From contig DAOTWB010000263.1 of assembly GCA_034436235.1 (NCBI GenBank), positions 1-59,234 on the forward strand: a stretch of 59,234 nt of DNA, read 5' to 3'. Of the stretch, positions 27,375 through 37,417 are shown piece after piece. The DNA is from Anaerolineae bacterium. GTDB taxonomy: Bacteria > Chloroflexota > Anaerolineae > Aggregatilineales > UBA2796. A program made the translations under genes and the position numbers. Each line of letters begins with the position of its first letter. Positions within the stretch are counted from its first letter, which is position 1. The notes beneath the pieces were generated by a model that was given only the letters and a program-made list of their open reading frames with translations, did not search any database and was not told the DNA's origin.

Positions 27375-28283
27375 TCAGTTTCTGGGCAGCCACTCATCGG
27401 CGAAGTGTCGCTCTACATCCATCACATCCCACAAGCATAATACGTCTTGTGGCGTCCTTTCTTGCGGTCCTGATGTCCAATCCTGCGGACTGTACCATAC
27501 CAGCTCGAACAAATCAGTGCCGAACCAATAGAACGGCTCAACGTGCAACCAGTACTTACGTGCTTGGGAAGCATTCTCAGGCTTCAAAATGATCTCAGGA
27601 TACAGTCCCGGAATTCCCCAAATTTTGCGCTCGTCCAGCCTGCACCACAGCTTAGCGAGATAAGCGTGATCTTCAGGCGGCAGCACTTGCGCGGCTCTTT
27701 CCAAGTAGTTTCGATAGAAATCTTCGTTGCGGCGATACAAGTTGACCTGCTTGAAGCGCGCCACTTGCTGCTCAGCGACGATCTCATAGTTCTGCACCAT
27801 ACGCTTGAATGGAAATTGACTGTTGAACACGACCGTCAGGTAATCAATTGGCTTCCTGAGCAGATAGCTGATCATGTCGAGCGACACGCCTGTCATTGTG
27901 GCGATAGCTTCGTTCACAATCCAATAGCGACCGCGATAATCTATCACATAAGCAGGGAAAGGCATTTGGGTCACTTCACGCGCGATCTGCTTGAGCTGCT
28001 TGAGCGTGGTCTCGTAAGGCGGAAAGCGCGTCGGCGTGTTGTGGCTCAGCAAGATCAGCTGGCGTACGTCCGCATCGGTCGCATCTGTCGCTTTGGCAAG
28101 TTGAATCAGCGTCTCAACAGGCGGCTTTTGGTGATCGTTTTCCCAGCGGCTGATGATCTCATGTCCGCTGTAGCCGAGCTTCTCAGCCAGCTCTACTTGA
28201 CTCAGCCCTTTGGTTTTTCGCAGCTTGCGAATCAGCGCGCCTAGCGTGTCAGGCTCTGCGCATTTCGATCTTCTAGCAGCCAT
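27375..28283 (-). CDS. XRE-family HTH regulator with MmyB-like (PAS-like) C-terminal domain
   Basis: LGALIRKLRKTKGLSQVELAEKLG...ISRWEND..KP, then PAYVIDYRGRYWIVN; GAGGTGG SD. Confidence 0.75.
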   Translation of the reverse strand: MAARRSKCAEPDTLGALIRKLRKTKGLSQVELAEKLGYSGHEIISRWENDHQKPPVETLIQLAKATDATDADVRQLILLSHNTPTRFPPYETTLKQLKQIAREVTQMPFPAYVIDYRGRYWIVNEAIATMTGVSLDMISYLLRKPIDYLTVVFNSQFPFKRMVQNYEIVAEQQVARFKQVNLYRRNEDFYRNYLERAAQVLPPEDHAYLAKLWCRLDERKIWGIPGLYPEIILKPENASQARKYWLHVEPFYWFGTDLFELVWYSPQDWTSGPQERTPQDVLCLWDVMDVERHFADEWLPRN

Positions 28284-28346
28284 AGAACCACCTCATTTAG
28301 ATGAAGTTAACCGCTAATTATACTGTACACAGCGCCTATTGTCACG

Positions 28347-28378
28347 AAAAAACGAGCGATGTCCATCGGACATCGCTC
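28347..28378 (-). terminator. Intrinsic terminator after the ABC1 kinase gene
   Basis: Minus strand GAGCGATGTCC-GAT-GGACATCGCTC-GTTTTTT. Confidence 0.85.
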
Positions 28379-28408
28379 TGAGCGTCTGTGCTGCTCAGAC
28401 GAGAGAAC

Positions 28409-30190
28409 TCAGGTGCGCTTGCGCAGAAGGATGCTCAGGAGCAAAATGCCGCTGATCGCAAAGCCGATCAGGCTCAGGCTGCGCTCGCCGCTGATGTGCA
28501 AAAGCGTGCTTGCCAAAGTGACGGTCGCGAAGATCAAGCCGCTGTTCAGCTGCCCAAGCGTGGACTCGATGCGCGTCACTTGTTTGCCCAGCTCGCCATC
28601 AGGACGCACCTGAACGACCAGATCGCCGCGCTCAGCGCGAGTCAGCACGGTATCGGCGAGCGCAGGCAACCGATAGGCGCGTTGTGCGAAGTCGCGCACG
28701 GATTTGACAGCTGCTTGCAAGAAAAAGTTGCCGTTCAAAGCGCTGCTCGTCCGCTCAGCCTGTTGATCGTTGAGCAGGCGCTGCGTGTAAGGCTGCATAG
28801 CGCGCCATGGATCGAAGCGCGGATCGAGACCGGTGCACATGCCGCTCAAAATGCTGACCGTGCGGCTGAGATAGATGAAATCCTGCGGCATTTGGAACGG
28901 CATAGACATGATCAGGTCGCTGAACTCAAGCGCCACGCCTGACATCTCCTCAAACGGAATGTTGGTCAGGTCGTTCATGTCCAGTCCCCAGACCTTGTCG
29001 AAGACTGCGCGCGTCGCTTGCTCAAGACGCTCAAGATCGGCGTCGGGCATCAGCACACCTAAGCGTTTGTAGCTCTCCACCAGACCTTTGGCATCTTGCG
29101 TGATGACGGCGAGCAAAGTGTCGCGCAGACCGCTCGCCAATTGATCGGTCAGCTTGCCCGTCATGCCGAAGTCAATGAAGATCAGGTAAAACTTGCGCTT
29201 GCCAAACGGCGCGCCGTCCTGATGCGACTCGGGCAGCGGATAGACGAACAGATTGCCCGGATGCGGATCGGCGTGGAAGAAACGATGCTCAAAGATTTGC
29301 CGCATATAGCAGTCAATCAGGCGCGCCGCGACTTCACGGCGATCAACGCCTGCCCGATCTATCGCCGCGTAGTCGTTCAGCTTGATGCTGGTCACATCCT
29401 CAAGCGTCAGCACATAGCGCGTGGTATGCTCAAGATAGACCGACGGCACGTAAATGCCCATATCATCGGCGAACATGCTCTGGAAGCGCATGGCGTTATC
29501 TGCTTCTTTCAGATAGTCCAACTCTTCCCATAGCACGTCGCTGAACTCTTTGAGCAGCATCGGCACGTTGGCGCGCCTGCGGATCGGCTTGTAGCGCATG
29601 GCGAGACGCGCTACCACGCTCAGCGCCGCCAAATCCGTCCTGACCGTCTCGATGATGTTCGGACGCTGCACTTTGACCACGACTCGGTCGCCGTTCGGCA
29701 GCTGCGCACGATGCACTTGCCCGAAGGACGCGGCAGCGATCGGCTCAGGATTGAACCACAGGAAGCGCTCTTCGAGCTTGCCCAGCTCGCGCTCCACTGT
29801 GGCGCGGATGTAACTGAAATCCACGATTGGCACTTGATCTTGTAAGCCTGCCAGCTCGTTCGTGATCTCAGGCGGCAGCACGTCCACACGGCTGGAGACG
29901 AATTGCCCGAGCTTGATCATCACGCCGCCCATATCCACTGCCATCGCGCGGAAGCGCCGCGCATAGTGCCGCCAACGCGCCGATCTGCCGCGCGCGACGA
30001 AGCGCTCGCCTGTGAAGCGCCGTATGAACACTTCCCAGAGGATCACGCGCGCGAACAGCAGCGTGAAAAAGACCACTGTGCGGCGGAAGCGTCCGCGCCG
30101 CACTTTGAAGGCGGCTGTGCGGCGCGAATCGGACTCTTCAGCGCGCGCGCGTTGCTGCGCCGATGCCTGCTCAGCGTGCGCATCAGGCAT
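28409..30190 (-). CDS. AarF/ABC1/UbiB-family atypical kinase with C-terminal TM hairpin
   Basis: IKLGQFVSSRVD, PIAAASFGQVH, VVVKVQRP, FFHADPHPGNL, IDFGM. Start at 30190 avoids overlap with arsA; the track start 30277 is also possible. Confidence 0.9.
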   Translation of the reverse strand: MPDAHAEQASAQQRARAEESDSRRTAAFKVRRGRFRRTVVFFTLLFARVILWEVFIRRFTGERFVARGRSARWRHYARRFRAMAVDMGGVMIKLGQFVSSRVDVLPPEITNELAGLQDQVPIVDFSYIRATVERELGKLEERFLWFNPEPIAAASFGQVHRAQLPNGDRVVVKVQRPNIIETVRTDLAALSVVARLAMRYKPIRRRANVPMLLKEFSDVLWEELDYLKEADNAMRFQSMFADDMGIYVPSVYLEHTTRYVLTLEDVTSIKLNDYAAIDRAGVDRREVAARLIDCYMRQIFEHRFFHADPHPGNLFVYPLPESHQDGAPFGKRKFYLIFIDFGMTGKLTDQLASGLRDTLLAVITQDAKGLVESYKRLGVLMPDADLERLEQATRAVFDKVWGLDMNDLTNIPFEEMSGVALEFSDLIMSMPFQMPQDFIYLSRTVSILSGMCTGLDPRFDPWRAMQPYTQRLLNDQQAERTSSALNGNFFLQAAVKSVRDFAQRAYRLPALADTVLTRAERGDLVVQVRPDGELGKQVTRIESTLGQLNSGLIFATVTLASTLLHISGERSLSLIGFAISGILLLSILLRKRT

Positions 30191-30224
30191 CGGCGCGATC
30201 AGGCGCTGCAGGCGTTGGCGAGTC

Positions 30225-31397
30225 TCAAGGTTTTGCGGCGAAGTGAATGTTAAGGGCTGATCCTTCAAACTTGGCATCCTCGATCTCTAGCTTCCACAAG
30301 GCGTGCGGCAGCACGATGTTTCGGCGATACGGTCCGACGCGCAACGTGAGTTCATCCGCAGAGCGGTATAGGTCAAGGTCTTCTCGGCTGGCGAACGGCA
30401 GCGGCACGCGCACCTGATAGCCGCCATTTTCCAATGGGATGATCTGGTGCGTCTGTCCGCTGAAGAAGACCTCGCTCGGATTGCGCTCGCCGTAGAGCGC
30501 ATCGGCGACTCGGCGCAGCGCATCTACGCCGTTCACATCGCGCTCTAAGAGCGGCGCGGTCAGCACGGGCAGCTCGCCGAACGCCTCTGCGATCAGGCTC
30601 ATGTTCTCGCGCTGCAAGTCCTTCCATTGTTGGAAGTAAGGATCGTTGACCGAGTCAGGAATCACGCGGTTGCACAGCACAGCGTCCACCACATAGCCAT
30701 ACAAATTCAGGTAAGTGTACGTGCGCTGAGTCTCTTTGATGACCATGCGCTCAGGATTGACGACAAGGCGCATACTGCTCAGGTCTGGGTCTGCCAAGAG
30801 CGCGCGCACTTTGTCGAGCGTCTGGAAGAGCTGCTCAACCGTGTTGAAGGCTTCCTCGTCAGGCAGTTCGGCGCGGAAGAGCGGACGCGCAATCGGGCGC
30901 AGGAACTTGGCAGCGCCTTTGGTGAGCGTCAGCACGCGCTCAAACCACCAGCGAGTCACGTCAGGCAGGCTGAGCAGGCGCAAGGTCTCAGCGGTCGGCG
31001 CGGCGTCCACCACCAACACATCGAAGAAGGCGTCGCGCACGTATTTGTCAATCCACAGCAAGTGCGCGCCTTCTTCAAAGCCGGGCAGAATGGTCACTTC
31101 TTCCGCCACGATATCTTCAACGCCGCGCTTGGTGAAGAGCGCTACCATGTAGCGCTGAAATGTTCCCCAATATTTGTCCATTGAGTAGCGCGCGTCCACT
31201 TCCTGCGCCCATAGATTCGGACGCAGCTCAATCGGCTCAGGTCCGATCTGCATATCCAGCGAATCGCCCAAGCTGTGCGCCGTATCCGTGCTGATCACAA
31301 TGGTCTTCATGCCCATCTCAGCGCAGCGCAACGCCGTCGCCGCCGAGATGCTCGTCTTGCCGACACCGCCTTTGCCCGTGTGTACAATAATTCGCAT
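30225..31397 (-). CDS. ArsA/Get3-family ATPase with C-terminal alpha-crystallin (HSP20-like) domain
   Basis: MRIIVHTGKGGVGKT (ATG 31397), STDTAHSL, DAAPTAET, single ATPase domain, C-terminal VPLPF...DELTLRVGPYRRNIVLP...AKFEGSALNIHF. Confidence 0.88.
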   Translation of the reverse strand: MRIIVHTGKGGVGKTSISAATALRCAEMGMKTIVISTDTAHSLGDSLDMQIGPEPIELRPNLWAQEVDARYSMDKYWGTFQRYMVALFTKRGVEDIVAEEVTILPGFEEGAHLLWIDKYVRDAFFDVLVVDAAPTAETLRLLSLPDVTRWWFERVLTLTKGAAKFLRPIARPLFRAELPDEEAFNTVEQLFQTLDKVRALLADPDLSSMRLVVNPERMVIKETQRTYTYLNLYGYVVDAVLCNRVIPDSVNDPYFQQWKDLQRENMSLIAEAFGELPVLTAPLLERDVNGVDALRRVADALYGERNPSEVFFSGQTHQIIPLENGGYQVRVPLPFASREDLDLYRSADELTLRVGPYRRNIVLPHALWKLEIEDAKFEGSALNIHFAAKP

Positions 31398-31601
31398 GGC
31401 TGCGTAGACTCCTCTTGCTAAAATCAGCGTGGCATTGCTAGGCGCTGCGTGAAGTTTAGCACAAGCCGCGTCACAGCGCCCAACACCGCCCTTGAGGTAA
31501 ATACGCCGCGCAAGCGCAGAAGTTGCATCAGAAGCGCGTAAAAATCTCGGCTGCGCGCACTGCACAGCCGAGACTCGCTCTTGAACTAGACAGCGGACGC
31601 C

Positions 31602-33377
31602 TCACTCGCCGCCTTCGTCGTCATCGTTGTCATCAGTGCCGCCACTGTTGTTACCACCAGTGTCACCGCCGCCATTGTCATCGGTATCGCCATCATCAGC
31701 GTCGCCATCATCTTCTCCGAAGTCGCCTTCGTCTTCGATGCCCCAAGCGTCGTCCCATGCATCCTCATCGTCGAAGTTCTCCATGAAGTCTCTGTCTAGG
31801 TCGAACAGATCGAGCAAATCTTCGATGAGCGCTTCAGGCGCGTAAGATTCGAACTCCAAAAATGCGCCATCATCGCCATAGTAGCCGACGATCAGCGCGT
31901 CTTCCCACGCCTCTGGATCGAATTCCGCCTCGCCTGAGTCGCGCAGTGCGATGGCGCTGCTGTAGAAAATCCGACTGTTGCCGTCGGCATCCGTGCGCGT
32001 GACCAACACGCTATACGCGCCGCCGCTGCCCGAAGCGCGCAACTGACCGCGCTCGTTCAAGCGCAAGGTCAGGACATTGCCGCTGCCCGCCAGATTGTAG
32101 CTGTAATGGCGTCCATTGGCAGAGACCGTATTTTGTGCGCTCAAGCTGCGCGCTGCTGCCGTCTTCACCTTGATCTGCTCGCGATCGATGTCTATATCGA
32201 AGTTCTGGCTCAGATCGACCTTGTTGACGTTGATCACGTTGCCTTGCTTGGCGAAGGTGAAGCTGGTGGCTGGCTTATCGCCACGCGCTTTAGTGAGCTG
32301 GACGCTGTACTTGCCGTTGGGCAGGATGACCGTTGGCGCGCGGCGCGCGCCAATCGTCCGCCGCTGATTGGTCAGGTAGCGCAGCTCGACCTCAGGGATG
32401 TCGTTAGTGTACTCGCCATCCACAAAGCGCAGCGTCCGACCTTGCGAATCAGTGATGATGACGTTCGCCTCGCCATTCAGCGAGAAGGTCAGCTTATCCA
32501 CAGCGCCCGTCCTTTCGATAGGAATGTAGTCGCCGCAGTAGGAGCAAGTGAAGCTCTCTTGGTAGCGCGCTTCCAGCGGCACAACAATCAGGTTGCCAGT
32601 GGTCGCATCGCCTTCGTACAGCTCAGGCGGATCGTTCGGATTGGCAGCTGTGTTGTAGCGCCAAGTGTTGGCTTTGGTATCTATTTCGATAACGCGCTCT
32701 TCGTTCGGAAAATTGTTATCGTAGATCAGGACATCGTAGCGTGTATCGCTCAGCTGGCGGACGGCATAGGGCGTCACAGCGTGACCGCCCGATCCATCGG
32801 GCTGATAGATAGCGAGCGTGACGAGGTAATTCTGCCCGATAACGTCAATCAAGCCTTCGATCAGCTCGGCAGGCGTGACAGGAACGCGCGACTGATAGAC
32901 TTCGTCCATCACCTGCAGCTGAAACCAGTAAGCGATCTCGCGCTGCAGCGCTTGGTTGCTGCGCAGGCGCAGTTTATTGACTGTGGCAGCGCCGAAGTCC
33001 TTCGGATTGAGCTGCTCTTCGAAGAACACAAGGCTCAGCACTGCCATGCCTTCACAATGTCCGCCGTCCATGTCGGCGTTCTCTTTTTTCATGAAAGCAG
33101 CGGCAGGCGCGGTCAGCTTGCAAGTGCCATCCGCTTTGACGGCGCCTGCGCACACGCGCTCTGCGCCGAAGATGCGGATCATCTCTGCGGAAGTCAGGTT
33201 GGTCGGATTGTCCTCGTTGCCGTAGTTTTGGAAAGCGAAGCCGTGTTCCTCAGGTCTGAAGCCGAGATCGGCGACCAGCTGACCTTGCTGCGCGTAGGAC
33301 GGCACAACAGTCAGCCTGAGTGCCACCAAAAGCGCCAGCGCGAGCATGAGTGGAACTTTGCGTAGACGGCGGTACAT
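31602..33377 (-). CDS. Secreted hypothetical protein with candidate papain-like Cys-His-Asp domain and an Asp-rich tail
   Basis: Signal peptide (ATG 33377, AGGAG SD); GFAFQNY, GGHCEGMAV, GGHAVTPY, IYDNNFP; the last 60 or so residues are D/E/G-rich. Confidence 0.7.
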   Translation of the reverse strand: MYRRLRKVPLMLALALLVALRLTVVPSYAQQGQLVADLGFRPEEHGFAFQNYGNEDNPTNLTSAEMIRIFGAERVCAGAVKADGTCKLTAPAAAFMKKENADMDGGHCEGMAVLSLVFFEEQLNPKDFGAATVNKLRLRSNQALQREIAYWFQLQVMDEVYQSRVPVTPAELIEGLIDVIGQNYLVTLAIYQPDGSGGHAVTPYAVRQLSDTRYDVLIYDNNFPNEERVIEIDTKANTWRYNTAANPNDPPELYEGDATTGNLIVVPLEARYQESFTCSYCGDYIPIERTGAVDKLTFSLNGEANVIITDSQGRTLRFVDGEYTNDIPEVELRYLTNQRRTIGARRAPTVILPNGKYSVQLTKARGDKPATSFTFAKQGNVINVNKVDLSQNFDIDIDREQIKVKTAAARSLSAQNTVSANGRHYSYNLAGSGNVLTLRLNERGQLRASGSGGAYSVLVTRTDADGNSRIFYSSAIALRDSGEAEFDPEAWEDALIVGYYGDDGAFLEFESYAPEALIEDLLDLFDLDRDFMENFDDEDAWDDAWGIEDEGDFGEDDGDADDGDTDDNGGGDTGGNNSGGTDDNDDDEGGE

Positions 33378-33681
33378 AGCTCTTCTCCTGTGTATGGAGT
33401 AATTAAAGTGCGCTCTCAGCATAGAAGAAAACAAGTCTCAGAGCAAGGCGCACGGCGCATTATTTGGAGAAAAAATCTGTCAAGAAGCAGCATAAAACAG
33501 CCATGCTGCCTGTATGCTGCCTTCAATATTTTGCGTCAGGCATCTGTACAGAACAGAGCATCAGTCGTGCAAAGACAAGCACCAGACGTACGCTGTGGAA
33601 GCTGTGAACGCTGCGTTGCGGCACATCCTCGCACGGCTGCGACAAGCATCGCGCTTTCATCTTTGAGCGCATGGGAATGCT

Positions 33682-34071
33682 TCAATCGCTCAGATAGGCT
33701 TCCACCTCGATCTCGACTAAGTATTCGGCGCCGATGAGCGCCGCTACAACGACCAGTGTGTTGGCAGGACGAATCTCTGTGAAAAATTCGGCGTGCGCGC
33801 GCGCCACCGACTGCCAATCCGCCTGATTGACCAGATAAATGCGCGTGCGCACCACATCCCGCCGACTGGCGCCGCCTTGCTGAAGCGCACGCTCGATTTT
33901 CTGCAAGATATAACGCGCTTGTCCATAGGCATCGCCAATGGCGACAGGCTGCCCGTCCTCGTCACTGGCAGTTGTGCCGCTCACCCACAAATGCCGTCCA
34001 ATCCGCACAGCGCGCGCGTAGCCTGCCAAAGTTTCCATCCGTGAGCCGAAACTGATCGTCTGACGTGGCAT
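33682..34071 (-). CDS. Rid (YjgF/YER057c/UK114) family protein
   Basis: GYARAVRIG...VSGTTA, DVVRTRIYL, RPANTLV..AALI....LVEIEVEA. ATG 34071 with GGAG SD. Confidence 0.9.
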   Translation of the reverse strand: MPRQTISFGSRMETLAGYARAVRIGRHLWVSGTTASDEDGQPVAIGDAYGQARYILQKIERALQQGGASRRDVVRTRIYLVNQADWQSVARAHAEFFTEIRPANTLVVVAALIGAEYLVEIEVEAYLSD

Positions 34072-34396
34072 TCTGAAGCTCTCCGTTGTTTGGAAAATGT
34101 GTATCATGCAGAACAGGCGGATGCTCAACAGCGCCGCCGCCAAAACGCGAGTTCGGCGTTGGTCGCGACGGACGAGTCGCGCGTGGCGTGCCTGTCTGTT
34201 GCGCACGCCACGTCTGTGTGATCGGACGGACAGTGTTGAGCGGATTGAAGACTTGCGAGTCAGCGCTGAGCGCGAAGAAAAAGCAGGTGAACAGCAGCAA
34301 GATCAGCACCAGCAAGCCGATGACGCGCTCTTGCGCCATTTGCGCGCGCGGCGGCGCAGGCGGTCTGAAATCAGGCGGCGCGTACACTGCGCTCAC
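33962..34396 (-). CDS. Small hypothetical membrane protein, possibly translationally coupled to gyrA
   Basis: GTGA start/stop overlap with gyrA; one strong TM ([19 protein letters not shown]); 3' end overlaps the rid gene by 110 nt. Confidence 0.4.
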   Translation of the reverse strand: MSAVYAPPDFRPPAPPRAQMAQERVIGLLVLILLLFTCFFFALSADSQVFNPLNTVRPITQTWRAQQTGTPRATRPSRPTPNSRFGGGAVEHPPVLHDTHFPNNGELQNATSDDQFRLTDGNFGRLRARCADWTAFVGERHNCQ

Positions 34397-37059
34397 TCGC
34401 CTTCTGAGGCGTCGTCCGCTGCGTCAACATCCGCCTCATCGTCGGCGAAGTCGCCTTCCAGATCGTCTTCCACTTCCAGCAGATAATCGGCTTCGGCTGA
34501 GTCGCCGTTCGGCGAGATCGGTTGCTCGCCTGCCGCCTGTGGCAAACTGAGCAGCGTCTCTTCATCGTGTCCATTTGTGGTCACTTTGCGTGACTGCGCA
34601 GGCGACGTTTCCACAATGGCGACGCTCACCACTTGATCGTCAGCATCCACGCGCAGGGCGCGCACGCCTTGCGCCGCGCGCCCTGAGAGCCGAATGGAAT
34701 CGGCGCGCGTGCGCAGCGTCATGCCGTTGCGCGTGATGAAAGTGACCTCCTCGTTCAGGCGCAGCGCGTTAGCAGCGACAATCGGACCGAAGCGTTCAAT
34801 CGCCCTTGCGCCGATGGTGCGCACGCCTGTGCCGAAGCGCCGCTTGAGCGGATACTCGGCAATCGAGACGCGCTTGCTATAACCGCGCGCCGTCACAATC
34901 AACAGCTCGATCACTTCGTTATTGATCACGTCTACGCCTGCCAGATAGTCGCCTTCCTGCAGGCGAATGGCGCGCACGCCGACCGCCGTCCTGCCCATCG
35001 GACGCACTTCTTCTTCTTCGAAGAGCAAGGCGCGTCCGTGCGCTGTGACCAATATCAGGCGGTCATTGCCTGAGGTGCGCCGCACCCATTGCAAGCGATC
35101 GTCTTCTTCAAGCGGCATGGCGATCAAGCCGTTAGCGCGCATCGCAGCGAACTCTGAGATGTTGACGCGCTTGATCCTGCCGTTGCGCGTACACAGGACG
35201 AAGAAGCCGCTCTCGAAGTTATCTACGCAGGTGACGGCAGTGACGCGCTCGCCATCGCCGAGCGCTAACAAGTTAGTCAGCAGCGTGCCTTTGCCAACGC
35301 GATCCGCTTCTGGCAGTTGATAGGTGCGCTGCGCATAGACCTTGCCATAGTTGGTGAAGAAGAGCAGATATGCCAATGAATTGGCGCTGATCAAATGCTC
35401 GACGTTATCTTCATCGCGCGTGGTGATGCCTGTCATGCCGCGTCCGCCGCGCGCCTGCGCGCGATAGAGCGCTGCAGGTGAGCGCTTGACATAGCCGCGC
35501 TGCGTGATCGCGATCAGCACCTCTTCGTCGCGGACTAAGTCCGCTTCATCGAAGTCAGGGCTGGCGGTCATGTCAAGGCGCGTGCGGCGCGCGTCGCCGA
35601 ATTTTTCCGCCACTTCGTTCAGGTCGCTCTTGATGAGCGCCAAAATCTTGGCAGGATGCGCCAGCAAGTCTTCAAGGTAAGCGACGCGCTCGCGCACTTG
35701 ATCGTATTCCTCGGCGATCTTGCGATGTTCAAGGGCAGCCAGACGGCGCAGTTGCAACTCCAGAATCGCGCGTGCCTGCGCTTCGCTGAACGCAAAGCGG
35801 ACGATCAACGCTTCGCGCGCCGCTTCAGTATCTTGCGCTTCGCGGATGGTCTTGATGATCGCATCAATCGCGTCGAGCGCTTTGAGGTAGCCTTCGAGGA
35901 TGTGCGCACGTGCGCGCATTTTATCCAGCTCAAACTCAGAGCGGCGGCGGATGACTTCGCGGCGATGCTCGATGTAGATTTGCAAAGCGCGCTTCAGACT
36001 GATGGTGCGTGGCTCGCCTTCGACGAGCGCCAAAAGCTGCACGCCCATGGTTGTCTGCAGTTGTGTGAATTTATAAAGCTGGTTGAGCGCTCTGAGCGGC
36101 TGCGCGTTGCGCTTCAGCTCGATGACGATGCGCATGCCTTGCCGATCCGACTCATCGCGCAGATCGCTGATGAAATCCAGCCGACCTTCCTTCGCCAGTT
36201 GCGCGATGCGCTCGACGATGACCGTCTTGCTGATTTGATAAGGTATCTCGCTGACGATGACGGCTTGCCTGCCGCCTTTGAGTTCTTCGATCTCGCACGT
36301 GGCGCGCACGGTCAGCTTGCCGCGTCCAGTGGCATAGACTTCGCGCAGCGCCTCGCCGCCGATGATGGTGGCGCCTGTTGGAAAATCGGGCGCTTTGATG
36401 AACTGCATCAGGTCGTCAACGCTCACGTTGTCCAGATCGTCGTAGTGATCGATCAGATAGGCGACGGCAGCTGCCACTTCGCGCAGGTTGTGCGGCGGAA
36501 TGTTGGTCGCCATGCCGACGGCGATGCCGCTGGAGCCGTTCACCAGCAGATTGGGCAAGCGCGCTGGCAGCACAGTTGGCTCTTGCAGGCTGCCATCGAA
36601 GTTATCTGTCCAATCCACTGTGTTCATCTCAAGATCGAGCAGCATCTCTTCGGCGATGCGCGCCAGACGCGCTTCAGTGTAGCGCATGGCGGCAGGCGAG
36701 TCGCCATCAATGCTGCCGAAATTGCCCTGACCGTCCACCAGCGGATAGCGCATGGAGAAATCTTGCGCAAGGCGCGCCATTGCGTCGTAAATCGCGCTAT
36801 CGCCGTGCGGATGATACTTGCCAAGCACTTCGCCAACGATACGTGCGCTCTTCTTGTAGGGCGCGTTCGGGCGCAAGCCCATGTCGTGCATCACATATAG
36901 AATACGGCGATGCACAGGCTTCAAACCGTCGCGCGCATCGGGCAGGGCGCGCGCCACAATGACGCTCATGGCGTAATCGAGGTAGCTATCGCGCATTTCC
37001 GCGTCAATGGCGACGGCGCGGATGGTACCAATATCCATAGTTGCTAACTTTCCACTCAC
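34393..37059 (-). CDS. gyrA: DNA gyrase subunit A
   Basis: [22 protein letters not shown], catalytic AAMRYTE, GyrA-box QARGGRG, C-terminal pinwheel repeats. Start GTG 37059 or ATG 37038. Confidence 0.95.
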   Translation of the reverse strand: MSGKLATMDIGTIRAVAIDAEMRDSYLDYAMSVIVARALPDARDGLKPVHRRILYVMHDMGLRPNAPYKKSARIVGEVLGKYHPHGDSAIYDAMARLAQDFSMRYPLVDGQGNFGSIDGDSPAAMRYTEARLARIAEEMLLDLEMNTVDWTDNFDGSLQEPTVLPARLPNLLVNGSSGIAVGMATNIPPHNLREVAAAVAYLIDHYDDLDNVSVDDLMQFIKAPDFPTGATIIGGEALREVYATGRGKLTVRATCEIEELKGGRQAVIVSEIPYQISKTVIVERIAQLAKEGRLDFISDLRDESDRQGMRIVIELKRNAQPLRALNQLYKFTQLQTTMGVQLLALVEGEPRTISLKRALQIYIEHRREVIRRRSEFELDKMRARAHILEGYLKALDAIDAIIKTIREAQDTEAAREALIVRFAFSEAQARAILELQLRRLAALEHRKIAEEYDQVRERVAYLEDLLAHPAKILALIKSDLNEVAEKFGDARRTRLDMTASPDFDEADLVRDEEVLIAITQRGYVKRSPAALYRAQARGGRGMTGITTRDEDNVEHLISANSLAYLLFFTNYGKVYAQRTYQLPEADRVGKGTLLTNLLALGDGERVTAVTCVDNFESGFFVLCTRNGRIKRVNISEFAAMRANGLIAMPLEEDDRLQWVRRTSGNDRLILVTAHGRALLFEEEEVRPMGRTAVGVRAIRLQEGDYLAGVDVINNEVIELLIVTARGYSKRVSIAEYPLKRRFGTGVRTIGARAIERFGPIVAANALRLNEEVTFITRNGMTLRTRADSIRLSGRAAQGVRALRVDADDQVVSVAIVETSPAQSRKVTTNGHDEETLLSLPQAAGEQPISPNGDSAEADYLLEVEDDLEGDFADDEADVDAADDASEGE

Positions 37060-37417
37060 AGCGGCGATTTTGCCGTTCCGAGGTGCAGTCTTTATTATAG
37101 CGCATTTCGCGCGGCAGCGCGAGAGCCTGAATCACTAGCATTTATCACGGCAAAAAGGCATTTCTCAGCGCCTGAGCGAAGGGTTGGGCAGCTTCAGGTC
37201 GCTCGGCAGTGCGCGATTAAAGTCTGTTCCGCTGAGTCGTCGCGCGCCGCGCGCCAATGCGCTGCGTGGCGCACTTCAACAGGCACTTTGCAACCGCCTG
37301 TTTTTCAGCTACACTGAACAATGAGTCAGCTGCGCAACCACAGAACAACAGCCTTCAGACTTGGCAGCAGTGCTGCGCTATCGGCGCATGTTTCGCTGAG
37401 CAGGACAGGAATCGTGT

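Noticed and set aside
30225..31397. Arsenic resistance ATPase (arsA)
   Set aside because: Single ATPase domain with an HSP20-like tail and no ars operon genes nearby.
32106..33365. Long antisense or alternate-frame ORFs (e.g. 32106-33365 +, 35656-36900 +, 52952-54061 +, 3943-4857 -, 10388-11266 +, 21189-22037 -, 18-731 +)
   Set aside because: They shadow well-supported genes, carry no recognisable motifs, and are expected in GC-rich coding DNA.
33440..33680. c-di-GMP-I riboswitch (GACGCAAA on the minus strand) and a short ATGCTGCC direct repeat
   Set aside because: No upstream GGCAAA or GNRA-loop P2 stem; two 8-bp copies are too weak to call.
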